Source: Salinispira sp.
GTDB taxonomy: Bacteria > Spirochaetota > Spirochaetia > DSM-27196 > Salinispiraceae
Assembly (NCBI GenBank): GCA_965602015.1
Contig: OZ271918.1
Span: forward strand, 1,792,001 to 1,856,000
DNA: 64,000 nucleotides
Reading direction: 5' to 3'
Below, piece after piece: positions 16,116 to 26,483 of the stretch (position 1 is its first letter; each line of letters begins with the position of its first letter). The position numbers were made by a program, and so were the translations under genes. Under the pieces are notes generated by a model. The model had not been told where the DNA came from, did no database searches, and was given only the letters and a program-made list of their open reading frames with translations.

Positions 16116-17930
16116 ATGGATCACAGCCAAGGCGAATTACCCAATATCGTTGTAGAAACCCGCATGCTTTACCCGAGAATTCACGACAGGGCTGAGTTTC
16201 GGCATCGATTTTCGCGACTGTTTCGCGAATCCCATTGCCTCTACCTGCTATTCTCCCCGGGGCTTGGCTACGGCGTCGATTGGCTCATTGACCATGATCT
16301 GCCCGAAGGCAGCAGACTCTTCATTTTCGAAGGCTGGGGGCCTCTCCACAATCTGTATTTCGCTGAAGAAACCCGGCAACAAAGAGAATCCGACCCCGCA
16401 CTCGAAGCACTAAAGCTCCCGGCGTTAAAGAGCGCACTCGATAATGCGCCTCACATCAGCTTCTGTCCCGCACGGGACATAATTTCCCAGAGACGATGGC
16501 TCCAGGACCTCATCGCCCTGCCTTCGCCAATCCGCCGGGTACGGGCTCTGCGCTTTTGCTCACATCCTCAGGGAATAAAAAAACAGTACGATGTTCTCGA
16601 ATCCGACGCAGTTCGGACAATCCGACAGCATTGGCAAAATCATTCGACGGCCCTGTATATGGCGCCACTCTGGATTCGCAATATAGTGCGCAACATTGTG
16701 GACTGGAGTGCAGATATCCGAATCTCCCAACAGCATTCGGGGACTAGAGCGCTATCCCACATGGAGACCCTGCGAAATGGACGGGAGGTCCTGCTTTGCG
16801 GTGCGGGAATCAGTCTCGAAGGTTCAATTCAGCAAATCGACAAAGCCCGCAAGAGCAAAGACCTGCTTATAGCCGCCGTAGACACCGCCCTCCCCGCCCT
16901 GCTTGCCGAGGGAATCGTGCCCGAGCTGGTTTTTATGCTCGAAGCTCAATTTGCAAATATGGATGATTTTATCTGCGACGGCGGTTTTCGACGTCTGGAG
17001 GATGCGAGAAGTACGGTTGTTCACGATATTTCCAGTCATCCCCCGACACTCCGCCGTTTTTCACGCCGTATTGCAGTTACCAGCCTTTTTGCTCATAGCT
17101 CCTTTTTTTCCGACCTGCCCATGGTAACGGAGGAGATTCCGCCTCTTGGATCTGTCGGGGTTGCGGCGCTCTACCTGCTCCTGCGACATACCCACGGGCA
17201 GATAACTGTCCAGGGTTTTGACTTTGCCTTCCCGCCGGGCCGCACTCATTGCAGGCAGGCACCCTTTCACCAGAGAATTTTACGGATATCCGGAAGACTT
17301 GAGCCCAGCGCACTGTGGGCGATAGAACAGCCGGTACATCGGCGGGTACAGGGAGAATACCTGGGAGGCGCCGGATCCCCGGCCGGTGGATATCTTCTCA
17401 GCGACAAGACTATGGAGGGCTACTTTGAACGCTTCTGCGAAGTCATCGCGCTGTACGGCCACTGGAGGGTCTGTGCCGGCGCTCACAGCGGACTTGCCTT
17501 CCCCCCGGGATTGCTCAGCTCCCGGTCCCATAGCACGGCCCGGACGGCTAACAAGCCGCGCACAGGTTCCGTTCCCGGTCCCGACAGGGAACTCGTGCAT
17601 ACCTGGCTATCGAGCATACATTCTGATCTAAAAGAGATTCGAGAAGGGTTCGCCCGCTTGCTTCTTGAGGTTGCCCCGCCGGCGGAACGCCATGCTGCAG
17701 TCGCCTTCAGCGGGATGTCCGCATCCATCTGGGCTCAAACCGCAGAGCTGCTCGAAAAACGGGATTTTATCTGGCGTTTTCTTCCGGGGATTACCGAGAT
17801 TACCTACAGCGCCCGTTTTGTCACCCTGGTTTCCCAAAGCCTTCCGTTTTGGATCCGTGAGATCGCGAAGCAGATACGTCGTCTGGAAAGCCGCGGGAAG
17901 GCGGTAAACATGGCAACAGGGGCGAAGTAG
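16116..17930 (+). CDS. DUF115 / Maf / MptE-like protein
   Basis: WIRNIVRN, LCGAGISLE, AVDTALPAL, GSVGVAA, GFDFAF...TH. Confidence 0.75.
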   Translation: MDHSQGELPNIVVETRMLYPRIHDRAEFRHRFSRLFRESHCLYLLFSPGLGYGVDWLIDHDLPEGSRLFIFEGWGPLHNLYFAEETRQQRESDPALEALKLPALKSALDNAPHISFCPARDIISQRRWLQDLIALPSPIRRVRALRFCSHPQGIKKQYDVLESDAVRTIRQHWQNHSTALYMAPLWIRNIVRNIVDWSADIRISQQHSGTRALSHMETLRNGREVLLCGAGISLEGSIQQIDKARKSKDLLIAAVDTALPALLAEGIVPELVFMLEAQFANMDDFICDGGFRRLEDARSTVVHDISSHPPTLRRFSRRIAVTSLFAHSSFFSDLPMVTEEIPPLGSVGVAALYLLLRHTHGQITVQGFDFAFPPGRTHCRQAPFHQRILRISGRLEPSALWAIEQPVHRRVQGEYLGGAGSPAGGYLLSDKTMEGYFERFCEVIALYGHWRVCAGAHSGLAFPPGLLSSRSHSTARTANKPRTGSVPGPDRELVHTWLSSIHSDLKEIREGFARLLLEVAPPAERHAAVAFSGMSASIWAQTAELLEKRDFIWRFLPGITEITYSARFVTLVSQSLPFWIREIAKQIRRLESRGKAVNMATGAK

Positions 17931-17932
17931 CG

Positions 17933-19747
17933 CTAATCCTCGTCGTCGGTGCGCAGCACGGATAAAAAGGCGCTCTGCGGCAGTTCGACGTTTCCGACCA
18001 TCTTCATGCGCTTTTTGCCCTCTTTTTGCTTTTCAAGCAGCTTGCGCTTCCGGCTGATATCACCTCCATAGCACTTGGCGGTAACATCCTTGCGGAGGGC
18101 CCGAATAGTTTCCCGGGCGATGATCGTCGAACCGATGGCTCCCTGAATCGGAATCTGAAACTGGTGGCGCGGTATTTCCCTGGTGAGCTTTTTACAGACT
18201 TTACGGGCGCGGTACGCCGCATTATCACGGAACACCAGTTGGCTAAGGGTGTCGACGGATTTTCCGTTGATGAGTATATCGAGCCGGGCGAGGTCGGTCC
18301 TTCGGTAATCAATAATTTCATAATCAAAGCTTGCGTATCCCCTGCTGAGACTCTTCAGCCGGTCATAGAACTCGAACAGCACCTCAGCCAGAGGCATCTC
18401 GTAGATAACTTCCACCCGCTTCTCATCGAGGTAAATCATATCTTTTTGAATTCCCCGTTTCTCAAGAGCGAGGCTCATGAGATTTCCAATGTAATCCGTC
18501 GGGGTAATGATGCTCGCCTTAATGTAGGGTTCCTTGGAGTAGTCGATCTTTGTGGATTCGGGCATTTCCGTGGGGCTCTCCACCTCGACCATTTCACCGT
18601 TATTGAGAAATACCTCGTAGCGCACCGAAGGAGCCGTAAAAACGATTGATAGATCAAACTCGCGTTCAAGACGTTCTTGTACAACTTCGAGGTGAAGAAG
18701 GCCGAGGAAGCCGCATTTAAAACCGAATCCCAGAGCGACCGAGCTGTCCTTTTCGAAGAAGAGGCTGGCGTCATTGAGCTTCAGCTTGTCCATGGCTGCC
18801 GCCAGCTCATCGTAATCATTGCTGTCTACAGGATAAATGGATGAGTAGACCATAGGTTTAACTTCCCGGAAACCCGGCATAGGCGCCGCAGCGGGATTTT
18901 TCGCATCGCTTACGGTGTCGCCTACTCTAATGTCCCCGATGGTCTTTATTCCCGCAAGGAAATAACCGACTTCCCCGGCCTTGAGTTCGGCGCATGGTTC
19001 CAGTCCGATCTTGAAACGCCCGATCTCGTCAATCTTGTACCGGGAATTGGAACCCATAAACAGGATCTCCTGGCCTTTTTTAAAGCTTCCGTCAAAAATC
19101 CTGAAATGGACAACTACACCCCGATAGGGATCGTAATGGGAGTCGAACACCAGGGCCTTCGCCGGCGCTTCGGACTCACTTTGAGGACAGGGAATATCCC
19201 GAACGATTTTTTCAAAAAGCTCCTCGATTCCCACTCCCATTTTTGCGGAGATCTGCGCAGCATTATCCGCATCCAGACCCAGGTCGTGATCAATTTGCTT
19301 CATTATCCGGGGAATGTCGGCGGCGGGCATATCGATTTTATTGATTACCGGAATGATTTCGAGATCATGTTCCAGAGCCAGATAGAGATTCGAAAGGGTT
19401 TGGGCTTCCACCCCCTGGGTGGCATCCACGAGCAATAGCGCGCCTTCGCAAGAGGAAATGGCCCGGGAAACCTCATAGGTAAAATCCACATGGCCCGGGG
19501 TGTCAACGAAATTCAGCTGATATGTCTTGCCGTCTGCAGCGGTATACGGAACCGTAACGGCCTGACTCTTTATTGTGATTCCCCGTTCGCGCTCGATATC
19601 CATGGAATCGAGAATCTGATCCTTGTAATCCCGTTCGGCGATAATGTGTGATTTTTCAATAAAGCGGTCGGCCAGGGTCGATTTGCCGTGGTCGATGTGG
19701 GCTATGATACAGAAATTGCGTATCAGGGAGATGTCGTGTTGGCTCAT
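17933..19747 (-). CDS. lepA: Elongation factor 4
   Basis: IRNFCIIAHIDHGKSTLADR; KCYGGDISRKRKLLEKQKEGKKRMK. Confidence 0.99.
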   Translation of the reverse strand: MSQHDISLIRNFCIIAHIDHGKSTLADRFIEKSHIIAERDYKDQILDSMDIERERGITIKSQAVTVPYTAADGKTYQLNFVDTPGHVDFTYEVSRAISSCEGALLLVDATQGVEAQTLSNLYLALEHDLEIIPVINKIDMPAADIPRIMKQIDHDLGLDADNAAQISAKMGVGIEELFEKIVRDIPCPQSESEAPAKALVFDSHYDPYRGVVVHFRIFDGSFKKGQEILFMGSNSRYKIDEIGRFKIGLEPCAELKAGEVGYFLAGIKTIGDIRVGDTVSDAKNPAAAPMPGFREVKPMVYSSIYPVDSNDYDELAAAMDKLKLNDASLFFEKDSSVALGFGFKCGFLGLLHLEVVQERLEREFDLSIVFTAPSVRYEVFLNNGEMVEVESPTEMPESTKIDYSKEPYIKASIITPTDYIGNLMSLALEKRGIQKDMIYLDEKRVEVIYEMPLAEVLFEFYDRLKSLSRGYASFDYEIIDYRRTDLARLDILINGKSVDTLSQLVFRDNAAYRARKVCKKLTREIPRHQFQIPIQGAIGSTIIARETIRALRKDVTAKCYGGDISRKRKLLEKQKEGKKRMKMVGNVELPQSAFLSVLRTDDED

Positions 19748-19803
19748 TGGATGGCACTATATCAGAATCGATGGGCCGTATCAATTCCGCCCCGGTAGAG
19801 GAT

Positions 19804-20205
19804 TTACGGAAGTTCGATTCCGGATTTTCTGATTTCTTCCAGCAGTATGTCTTTCTGGATAGGCTTGACGATGTAGCCCGTTGCCCCGCCCCGATTAAAT
19901 GCCCGAATCACATTCGCAGGATCCTCGAGGGCAGTGGTCATAATTACCTTGACTTCCTCCGCGGAATTGATGCCCATTTCCTTCTCGGTGGAGCGTATAA
20001 GCTGGAGAGCCTGCTGCCCGTCAAGTTTGGGCATCATGATGTCAAGGAGAATTAAATCGTAGGGTTTCTTTTCGCTCCAGGCAAGCTTAAACGCGTCGAT
20101 TGCCTCTTCACCGTCAACAACGGTTTCGATGTCACCGTACTCTTTGAGAATTGCCTGCAGTAATCTTCGGCTTCCGAAATCGTCTTCAACTATCAAAAAA
20201 CGCAT
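19804..20205 (-). CDS. Single-domain response regulator
   Basis: VEDD, LLDIMMP, MTTA and VKP all intact. Confidence 0.92.
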   Translation of the reverse strand: MRFLIVEDDFGSRRLLQAILKEYGDIETVVDGEEAIDAFKLAWSEKKPYDLILLDIMMPKLDGQQALQLIRSTEKEMGINSAEEVKVIMTTALEDPANVIRAFNRGGATGYIVKPIQKDILLEEIRKSGIELP

Positions 20206-20233
20206 TGATGCCCCCGTCGTTCTATCCTTTAGT

Positions 20234-22966
20234 TTACAGTATATTCGACATCTTTTCGATATCCTTTCTGATATTATTCAATATATCAAAAACTATCTCG
20301 CTATCCTCACGCCGGGCCGCAAGTTGAATCCTGAATAGATCATTCGCCATCAAATCGAGTTCGCGTTCAGCGCAATAATTGCGCAATGTCCCTGCCAGCT
20401 CGGCGACTTCGGCAAAATTGCCCGACAGGGTCTCGGAATTTATGGCTTCAAGCTTTTGACGGATATCCTGTCGCACACCCGTATGAGCTCGATCACTGTG
20501 CTCGGCTATTCGTTTCCCGAAGCTCATCAGCAGAGCCAGGTAATTCTCCGGCGATAAGTCGACCGTCCGGACGGGCAGAAAGCCGGAAGCCCGGTATCGT
20601 TCCTCCCGGGTAATAAGTTCCTGAACGGGAAAGGCGGCATCGAGAAAAACGAGGACCGGGCAGTTGTGGCCACTTCGTTTTCTCAACTGTTCAATGCCCG
20701 AGGTAAATTCCCGCAAGCTCTCGCCGGGCTCCAGCAAGCCTTCAGGCGATATGCTGGTGTCGAAGCTGACGACCAGGTCGACCGCCGCAGTGTCATCCAC
20801 GAGACGCAAATCCGAGATGCCGCGAACCTGGATTTCGGCGCTTCGCAAAGAATCAAACAAATCAACTATGGACGCGGGAATTTCCGTTTGCTGTCTGCCA
20901 TAGGCGATGCAGACTTTGCGCAGCGGCGGTAATTCACTCTCGGACTTGCCGGCCGGTCGTTTGGATGTTGCCACGAGGGCAGGGCGGAGAATCTCATCAA
21001 TTTGAAGCGGTTCGGCGACATAAAGGACGTCTAAACCGCTTCGGCCCCATATCTCCAAACCGCGGCTTGTCGGGGTCTTGCACACCATATGGGAAAAATG
21101 AGTATCGTCCCTGCTCTCCTTCTGGGTGAAAAAAACAATTGCCTCCCGGTTCCACGTGCTGCGGCTATCATGCATGAAGACTGGTTTTATGCCGGGAGTT
21201 ATCTCGAGCCGGGTGAGTTCGGCGTAGGTATCGCAGCGTTGATGTTTTAAATCCAGAAAATCCAACCAGCGCATCATGGATTCGGACCATCGCGGGTCAT
21301 CACCAATAAAAACCCATTCATAATGCCCTATCCTCTTCCGTATTTCCGCGGGAAGCAGGTCACTGACCTCGTCGCTATCCTGAACAAGCTTTTTGTTGAG
21401 GAATAAAAGATCCGAATCTTCGCGGTTCACAATAATTGATGCGGAGAATCGGCTCCCCCCGCCCCCTCCCTCGCAAAAGAGAATATCACCGCCCATCCTG
21501 AGGGCCAGGCGTTTGGCAATGGACAGGCCCAATCCGGTTCCGCCGTAGCTTCTCGTTGCCGTTGCGTCGATTTGGTAGAACGGCTCAAAAATCTTCTCCC
21601 GCTGATCTTCAGGAATTCCAATACCGCTGTCCTCTATATCAATTATCAGCTCCATCGGCTGACGAATTTCCGTCAGTGTGGTGGCATCCGGGGCTTCACG
21701 CTCATGTATCCGGCAGCTAATCCAGCCGGACGGGGTGAACTTCACGGCGTTTTGAAAGAGGTTCTCCATAATCTGGGCGATGCGGCCCTTATCTCCCCGA
21801 TAGATGCTGCGCATCCCCGGTTGGATTTCCATGTACACCCGCAGGTTTTTTCCCTGTGCCCGGCTAATCAGCGGCTCCAAGGTTTTGCCGATCAAGGAGG
21901 CGAGCTGAAACCGTTCGTACTCCAGGGTCAGCCGACGGGCCTCGAGCTTTGCATAATCGAGGATGGTGGTAACCAAGGTAGACAGGTTTCGGGTCGAACT
22001 CTTTAACAGCGAGAGGAATTCCTGTTGCTCCGGGTTCTCGGAGAGCTCGAGGGCCAGCTCGGCCATGCCGAGAATCGAGTTAAGGGGGGTGCGAAGTTCG
22101 TGACTCATATTAGAGATGAATTCGCTTCGGGATCTCGCATGAAGCTCTTCCTGGTGACTTGCTTCCCGTATTGATGTGGCGAACTGTTCAGCGCTCCGTT
22201 TATCGCGGATCACCACCAGGGTACCGATGGGCTCCTTTCGAAGATTATAGGTAGCATTCTGCTCAACCTCAACGGGGATTCTGCTGCCGTCGGAGCACAG
22301 CAGATCGGCCCGTTCAAGCAGGCTCATGCCGCCAAGCCGGGATTCGGATTCCTCAATGTTTTCGAGCTGTACCACATCATCAATTCCGCTGTTGAACAGC
22401 CTCAACACGGAAGTGTCCAAAATCCTTTCAGCGGCAAGGTTGACGTACTGAATCCTCCGATTGTTATCGACAATAAGCAGCCCCTCATCGACCGATGCGC
22501 TGCCGTTCGCCAGCCAGGCGTTGCTGCTGTACATGTCCCTGCTTCTGTGAAAATCTCCGATAACCTCGAGAATTTGCTTTTTAACCGAATCGGGGCTATA
22601 TGGCGGAATCAGGCTTCGATAGAGGTTCTTTAATCTCCGATACATCTCACGATGCTGGGGATCTCCCGGAGGTTCGCCGTACAGCATCACCGGCATCAAA
22701 TAATGACTTTTTAAATCCCAAATCGGGTGCCACGGAGTGAGGGACGGCTCAGCATGAGGATTGATAAGAAGGCAACTAGCACAATCCATGGCCACGGGCG
22801 AGGCAAAGAAATCAACCAGTTCATCGAGACTGATGGTTCGAATGTTGGGGAATCCCGCATCGCATAAGGCGTTGTAAAGCTCAAGATCGGGTTCGAAATC
22901 GGGATTGGCAATGAGCTGTACGCAGATGTTAGAAACCGTCAAATCGTTCGATATGTTCTGATCCAT
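20234..22966 (-). CDS. Cytoplasmic PAS hybrid-type histidine kinase with degenerate flanking domains
   Basis: PAS (YVNLAAERIL); NMSHELRTPLN; NAVKFT, DSGIGI, GGTGLGL. Confidence 0.9.
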   Translation of the reverse strand: MDQNISNDLTVSNICVQLIANPDFEPDLELYNALCDAGFPNIRTISLDELVDFFASPVAMDCASCLLINPHAEPSLTPWHPIWDLKSHYLMPVMLYGEPPGDPQHREMYRRLKNLYRSLIPPYSPDSVKKQILEVIGDFHRSRDMYSSNAWLANGSASVDEGLLIVDNNRRIQYVNLAAERILDTSVLRLFNSGIDDVVQLENIEESESRLGGMSLLERADLLCSDGSRIPVEVEQNATYNLRKEPIGTLVVIRDKRSAEQFATSIREASHQEELHARSRSEFISNMSHELRTPLNSILGMAELALELSENPEQQEFLSLLKSSTRNLSTLVTTILDYAKLEARRLTLEYERFQLASLIGKTLEPLISRAQGKNLRVYMEIQPGMRSIYRGDKGRIAQIMENLFQNAVKFTPSGWISCRIHEREAPDATTLTEIRQPMELIIDIEDSGIGIPEDQREKIFEPFYQIDATATRSYGGTGLGLSIAKRLALRMGGDILFCEGGGGGSRFSASIIVNREDSDLLFLNKKLVQDSDEVSDLLPAEIRKRIGHYEWVFIGDDPRWSESMMRWLDFLDLKHQRCDTYAELTRLEITPGIKPVFMHDSRSTWNREAIVFFTQKESRDDTHFSHMVCKTPTSRGLEIWGRSGLDVLYVAEPLQIDEILRPALVATSKRPAGKSESELPPLRKVCIAYGRQQTEIPASIVDLFDSLRSAEIQVRGISDLRLVDDTAAVDLVVSFDTSISPEGLLEPGESLREFTSGIEQLRKRSGHNCPVLVFLDAAFPVQELITREERYRASGFLPVRTVDLSPENYLALLMSFGKRIAEHSDRAHTGVRQDIRQKLEAINSETLSGNFAEVAELAGTLRNYCAERELDLMANDLFRIQLAARREDSEIVFDILNNIRKDIEKMSNIL

Positions 22967-23014
22967 GTATTTTTACAGTATAGAGGATTCACCACAAAAT
23001 GGCATTGGGGTTTT

Positions 23015-24112
23015 TTACTTTATCCCGGTAGCCCCGAGAGGCGGAGAAAACATATGATTCAGTGTTTGGGCAATTACGTCTAGATGAAGAATCTGATGAC
23101 AATAACCGTGTTTTCGAGCCTCACCGGGCATACCGAATACCACTGAGCTTTCTTCATCCTGAATTATGCAATGCCCTCCGGCGTGAAAAATCTCTCCCAA
23201 ACCGATAACACCGTCATCACCCATCCCGGTTAAAAGGAGTCCCGTCGCCCTGTTGGCAAACCACATGGCCGCCGAACGAAAGAGCATATTTACCGAGGGG
23301 CGGTGCCGGCTCACCGGCGGCCCGGGAATCAGCTTGAAAAGTACTCGGTCATCCGGTGAATTGTACACGCAACCGTGCATGCTGCCTGGTATCAGGTAGA
23401 GATGGTCATTCTGGGCGGTCATTCCGTCGACAGCCAATTCCACGGCCTTTCCGCTGCGCCGGCTCAAATTTTGGGCGAACGGCTCGATAAACGAATCGGG
23501 CATATGCTGTACCATCACCATAGGCGGGTGACTGACCTGTACATCCTTGAGGATTCTAAACAGCGCCTCGGTTCCGCCGGTGGAAGCGCCGATAACGATA
23601 ACCTGTGATTTCGAACCGTTGTGTGCCCGGTCCTGGTATGGCAGCAGGGAGTCCGGGTGTACTTTTTCAAGCTGTTCGGCGAATTGAGGATTCCTAACCC
23701 GGGACAGGTCTTCCCGGTCACTTTCATCGGGTAGCTGTTCATAATGACGGTTCGACCCAATCATCAAAGCCCGTTCGATCAGCGCTTCGCGGTAGGGCTC
23801 CAGGTCTGAAATAACCCGGCTGTGCTCGAGGGTAAATGCGTTGGCCTGATTTTGCTCGCGCTGCTCCCGATGAAGAATCAGAATATGCTCATCAAGACGA
23901 TGCCTTCGGTCGACTATCCAAGCCCGGCTCCGCCGGTCCAGCAGCCTGTCCTCGACTATGAGCAGGTTGTGTACACAGTGCTCAAACTTGACAATGGCGA
24001 TATCGAGTGAGGCCGCAGTCAGCACCTGGTTAAAGCGCCCGGAATCCCTGCACACCCCCTGAAGCCATTGCCGGATCAACGCCGAGCTGTGCAGTACCAG
24101 GAGGTTGTTCAC
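23015..24112 (-). CDS. cheB: CheB-family methylesterase with degenerate receiver domain
   Basis: GASTGG, VQHMP, HRPSVN, LTGMGDDG, SSVVFGMP. Confidence 0.85.
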   Translation of the reverse strand: MNNLLVLHSSALIRQWLQGVCRDSGRFNQVLTAASLDIAIVKFEHCVHNLLIVEDRLLDRRSRAWIVDRRHRLDEHILILHREQREQNQANAFTLEHSRVISDLEPYREALIERALMIGSNRHYEQLPDESDREDLSRVRNPQFAEQLEKVHPDSLLPYQDRAHNGSKSQVIVIGASTGGTEALFRILKDVQVSHPPMVMVQHMPDSFIEPFAQNLSRRSGKAVELAVDGMTAQNDHLYLIPGSMHGCVYNSPDDRVLFKLIPGPPVSRHRPSVNMLFRSAAMWFANRATGLLLTGMGDDGVIGLGEIFHAGGHCIIQDEESSVVFGMPGEARKHGYCHQILHLDVIAQTLNHMFSPPLGATGIK

Positions 24113-24519
24113 TCGGGAATCTCCACCGGTCCGCTGGGAATTCGAGCATATAACTCGAACATCTTGCCTGAAAGTTCGGCTTCGTCCATTTCGGAGTTTA
24201 CATACTCCCTGATGAGCTGCAGGCTTTCGAGCATAAACCTGGCTCGGGGCGGAGGAATTTCATCGCTGTATTCGCCGTCCTTGAGATTCAAACGCCTGAT
24301 CAGCCCGAGTACGGTCTCGGCAAGAGGCTGAATAGGCTCAAAGCCGAACATGACCGCAGAGGCCGACAACGCGGTAAACCCCCGGTACAGCGCTTCTGCG
24401 TTACCGGCTGACCGTTCGCCCTGAATCATTGGGCGAAGGAGGGCTTCGATGCCCCCAATGAGATGCCGACTTTCTTCGATGTACGCCGAATGGAAGCAGC
24501 TGCGGTCGCTGGCGCTCAC
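24109..24519 (-). CDS. Hpt / CheA-P1-like protein lacking the phospho-His
   Basis: YIEESRHLI...ALYRGFTALSASAVMFGF aligns to FRxFHTLKGSAxMFGF. Confidence 0.6.
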   Translation of the reverse strand: MSASDRSCFHSAYIEESRHLIGGIEALLRPMIQGERSAGNAEALYRGFTALSASAVMFGFEPIQPLAETVLGLIRRLNLKDGEYSDEIPPPRARFMLESLQLIREYVNSEMDEAELSGKMFELYARIPSGPVEIPE

Positions 24520-24568
24520 AATAACCTTCCCTTGAAACCCCGCAGAGCGTGGTTTTTTTTTAATGGTA

Positions 24569-26479
24569 TTACAGGAAGCTGTTCAATTCAATAAAGTTTG
24601 CCAGTTGGAGCCCCTCCCTCAGATACCCGCCGCTGCGTTTTTGGATAATTATCTGTAGTACCGCAATATTTTGCTCCGGATCGAAGAACCAGTCGATGAG
24701 CTGGAAGGGATCGTTTTCGCTCAGGCCCGATTCATCGGCTATGCCGCCGGGGTAGACATCGGTAATGACGTATTCGCTCAGTCTGGTTCGCCGGGAAAGG
24801 GACTCCACCTGCATACCAAAAAGCGGGGGAAGCCAGCTGTCAACAAGGCGACGTTCGTCCAAAACCGCTTCCAGGGGTATGTGAGGCCGGCGGCCGCTGG
24901 CGGCCAACCTGATAAATTTCTCCTGGTCCGAAGAAAAACCTTCGATTCGGTAGAGCCGGTCCATGCCGCCGCGCAATAATCGTCTTTGGGCGTCCGGGAT
25001 TCTTCCAGGGTCAGCCCCGTCGATGGAGGTAATCACATCCCCGACGGCAAATCCCGCCCGGTATGCCGGCGAATCCGGAGACACATACAGAACCTCCAGA
25101 CCGGAGGCGTCTTCCCTGAGAGCCAGCCCGAGCCAGGGATGCTGCACTTCGCCCCCGTCAAACAGACGAGGGTAGATGAGAGTGATCCAGCTCGAAGGAA
25201 TGGCAAAATTCACCCCTTCGAATTGCTCGATTCCGGCGAAAACCACGCCGATTAAATTACCCTGGCGGTCAAAGAGGGGTCCGCCGCTATTGCCCGGATT
25301 CACCGGTGCGTCAATCTGCAGGGAATCACCGAGCTGCAGAAAGCGCCGGCCGGCGGCGGAGACAATGCCGGAGGTTACGCTGTTCTCCAAGCCGCCGGGA
25401 GAGCCGACGGCAAACAGCTGGCTGCCCGAACGAAGGGCGTCCCCGTTCTGAAAGCTCAGCAGCCCCCTCGCCGATCCCTCGACTTTTAAGAGGGCGATGT
25501 CGAACACCCTGTCATAGCCCACTACGCGGGCGGGTATGCGCAGGTCTGGGTTTTCACCGGGACGGATAAACAATTCGCTTCTTCCCTCGTATTCCGGGTC
25601 AACCTCTGACGCTATGACATGATAATTGGTAATTAAATAGCCGCGGGAATCCACGTAGAATGCCGTGCCGATGCTTCGCTCGGGGAATCCGACGCGATTT
25701 TGCACCCTGATGCCCTTGTCTACCCACACGGTCACCGAGGCATCTACGCCTATTTGAGCCTCCCAGGGAGCCTCAAGATACCGGCGATAGGACCCGTAGG
25801 GTTCGCTTTGGGTGTCCAGGGGGTAGTTTCTTTCAAGAGCGCTGAGGAGTACGGCAAGAAGTTTCCTGTTGTTGTGCCGCAAGGCTTCTTCAGAATAAAA
25901 ATCGAGGGCTTCTTTCTCCAGTCCGGCATCAACAACTCCGGACTCGCCCAATTCTTCTGCAGCCTGAGAAAAATAGAACAGCGCAAGACTGCCTTCGCCG
26001 GCGCTTCGGTGATACTCGGCGGCTGAGAGAAACAATCCGCTCATCTGGGGAATGTCGGCTGAATCAAAGGCAAAAGAACCTTCGGGAGACGGTTCAATCT
26101 CATTCCGATAACTCAACAGAAGCCGATAGTTTTGAAGGAGAGTATATTCATTGAATATGTCACCGGCATCCCTGGGGGTCTGGGCAGATCGGTCGGCGGA
26201 ACTGTCCCCCGGAAGGAGGGCCCTGTAGCCTTCGATGATGCGGTCGAGGGCGGCCACGCGATCCTGCAAAGGCAATTCGGCGCGAAACTGCTCCCGGCTC
26301 AAAAGAGCTGCGGCATCCAGGAGGTCGCGGGTGCTTTCGCCTTCCGACAAGCGTTCCAGCTCCGAAATGACAAAATCCTGATGCTCAAGCTCACGGTCGG
26401 GGGCAAAGACGATTGTCTGACTGGCACAGGAGACAGTGAGCAGCAATAGCAATGGCAAAGATATGGAGGATAATTTCAA
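24569..26479 (-). CDS. HtrA/S1C serine protease with PDZ domains, lipoprotein
   Basis: TVSC lipobox; TNYHV, DIALLKV and GNSGGP triad; SPAYRAG PDZ. Confidence 0.9.
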   Translation of the reverse strand: MKLSSISLPLLLLLTVSCASQTIVFAPDRELEHQDFVISELERLSEGESTRDLLDAAALLSREQFRAELPLQDRVAALDRIIEGYRALLPGDSSADRSAQTPRDAGDIFNEYTLLQNYRLLLSYRNEIEPSPEGSFAFDSADIPQMSGLFLSAAEYHRSAGEGSLALFYFSQAAEELGESGVVDAGLEKEALDFYSEEALRHNNRKLLAVLLSALERNYPLDTQSEPYGSYRRYLEAPWEAQIGVDASVTVWVDKGIRVQNRVGFPERSIGTAFYVDSRGYLITNYHVIASEVDPEYEGRSELFIRPGENPDLRIPARVVGYDRVFDIALLKVEGSARGLLSFQNGDALRSGSQLFAVGSPGGLENSVTSGIVSAAGRRFLQLGDSLQIDAPVNPGNSGGPLFDRQGNLIGVVFAGIEQFEGVNFAIPSSWITLIYPRLFDGGEVQHPWLGLALREDASGLEVLYVSPDSPAYRAGFAVGDVITSIDGADPGRIPDAQRRLLRGGMDRLYRIEGFSSDQEKFIRLAASGRRPHIPLEAVLDERRLVDSWLPPLFGMQVESLSRRTRLSEYVITDVYPGGIADESGLSENDPFQLIDWFFDPEQNIAVLQIIIQKRSGGYLREGLQLANFIELNSFL

Positions 26480-26483
26480 AATC

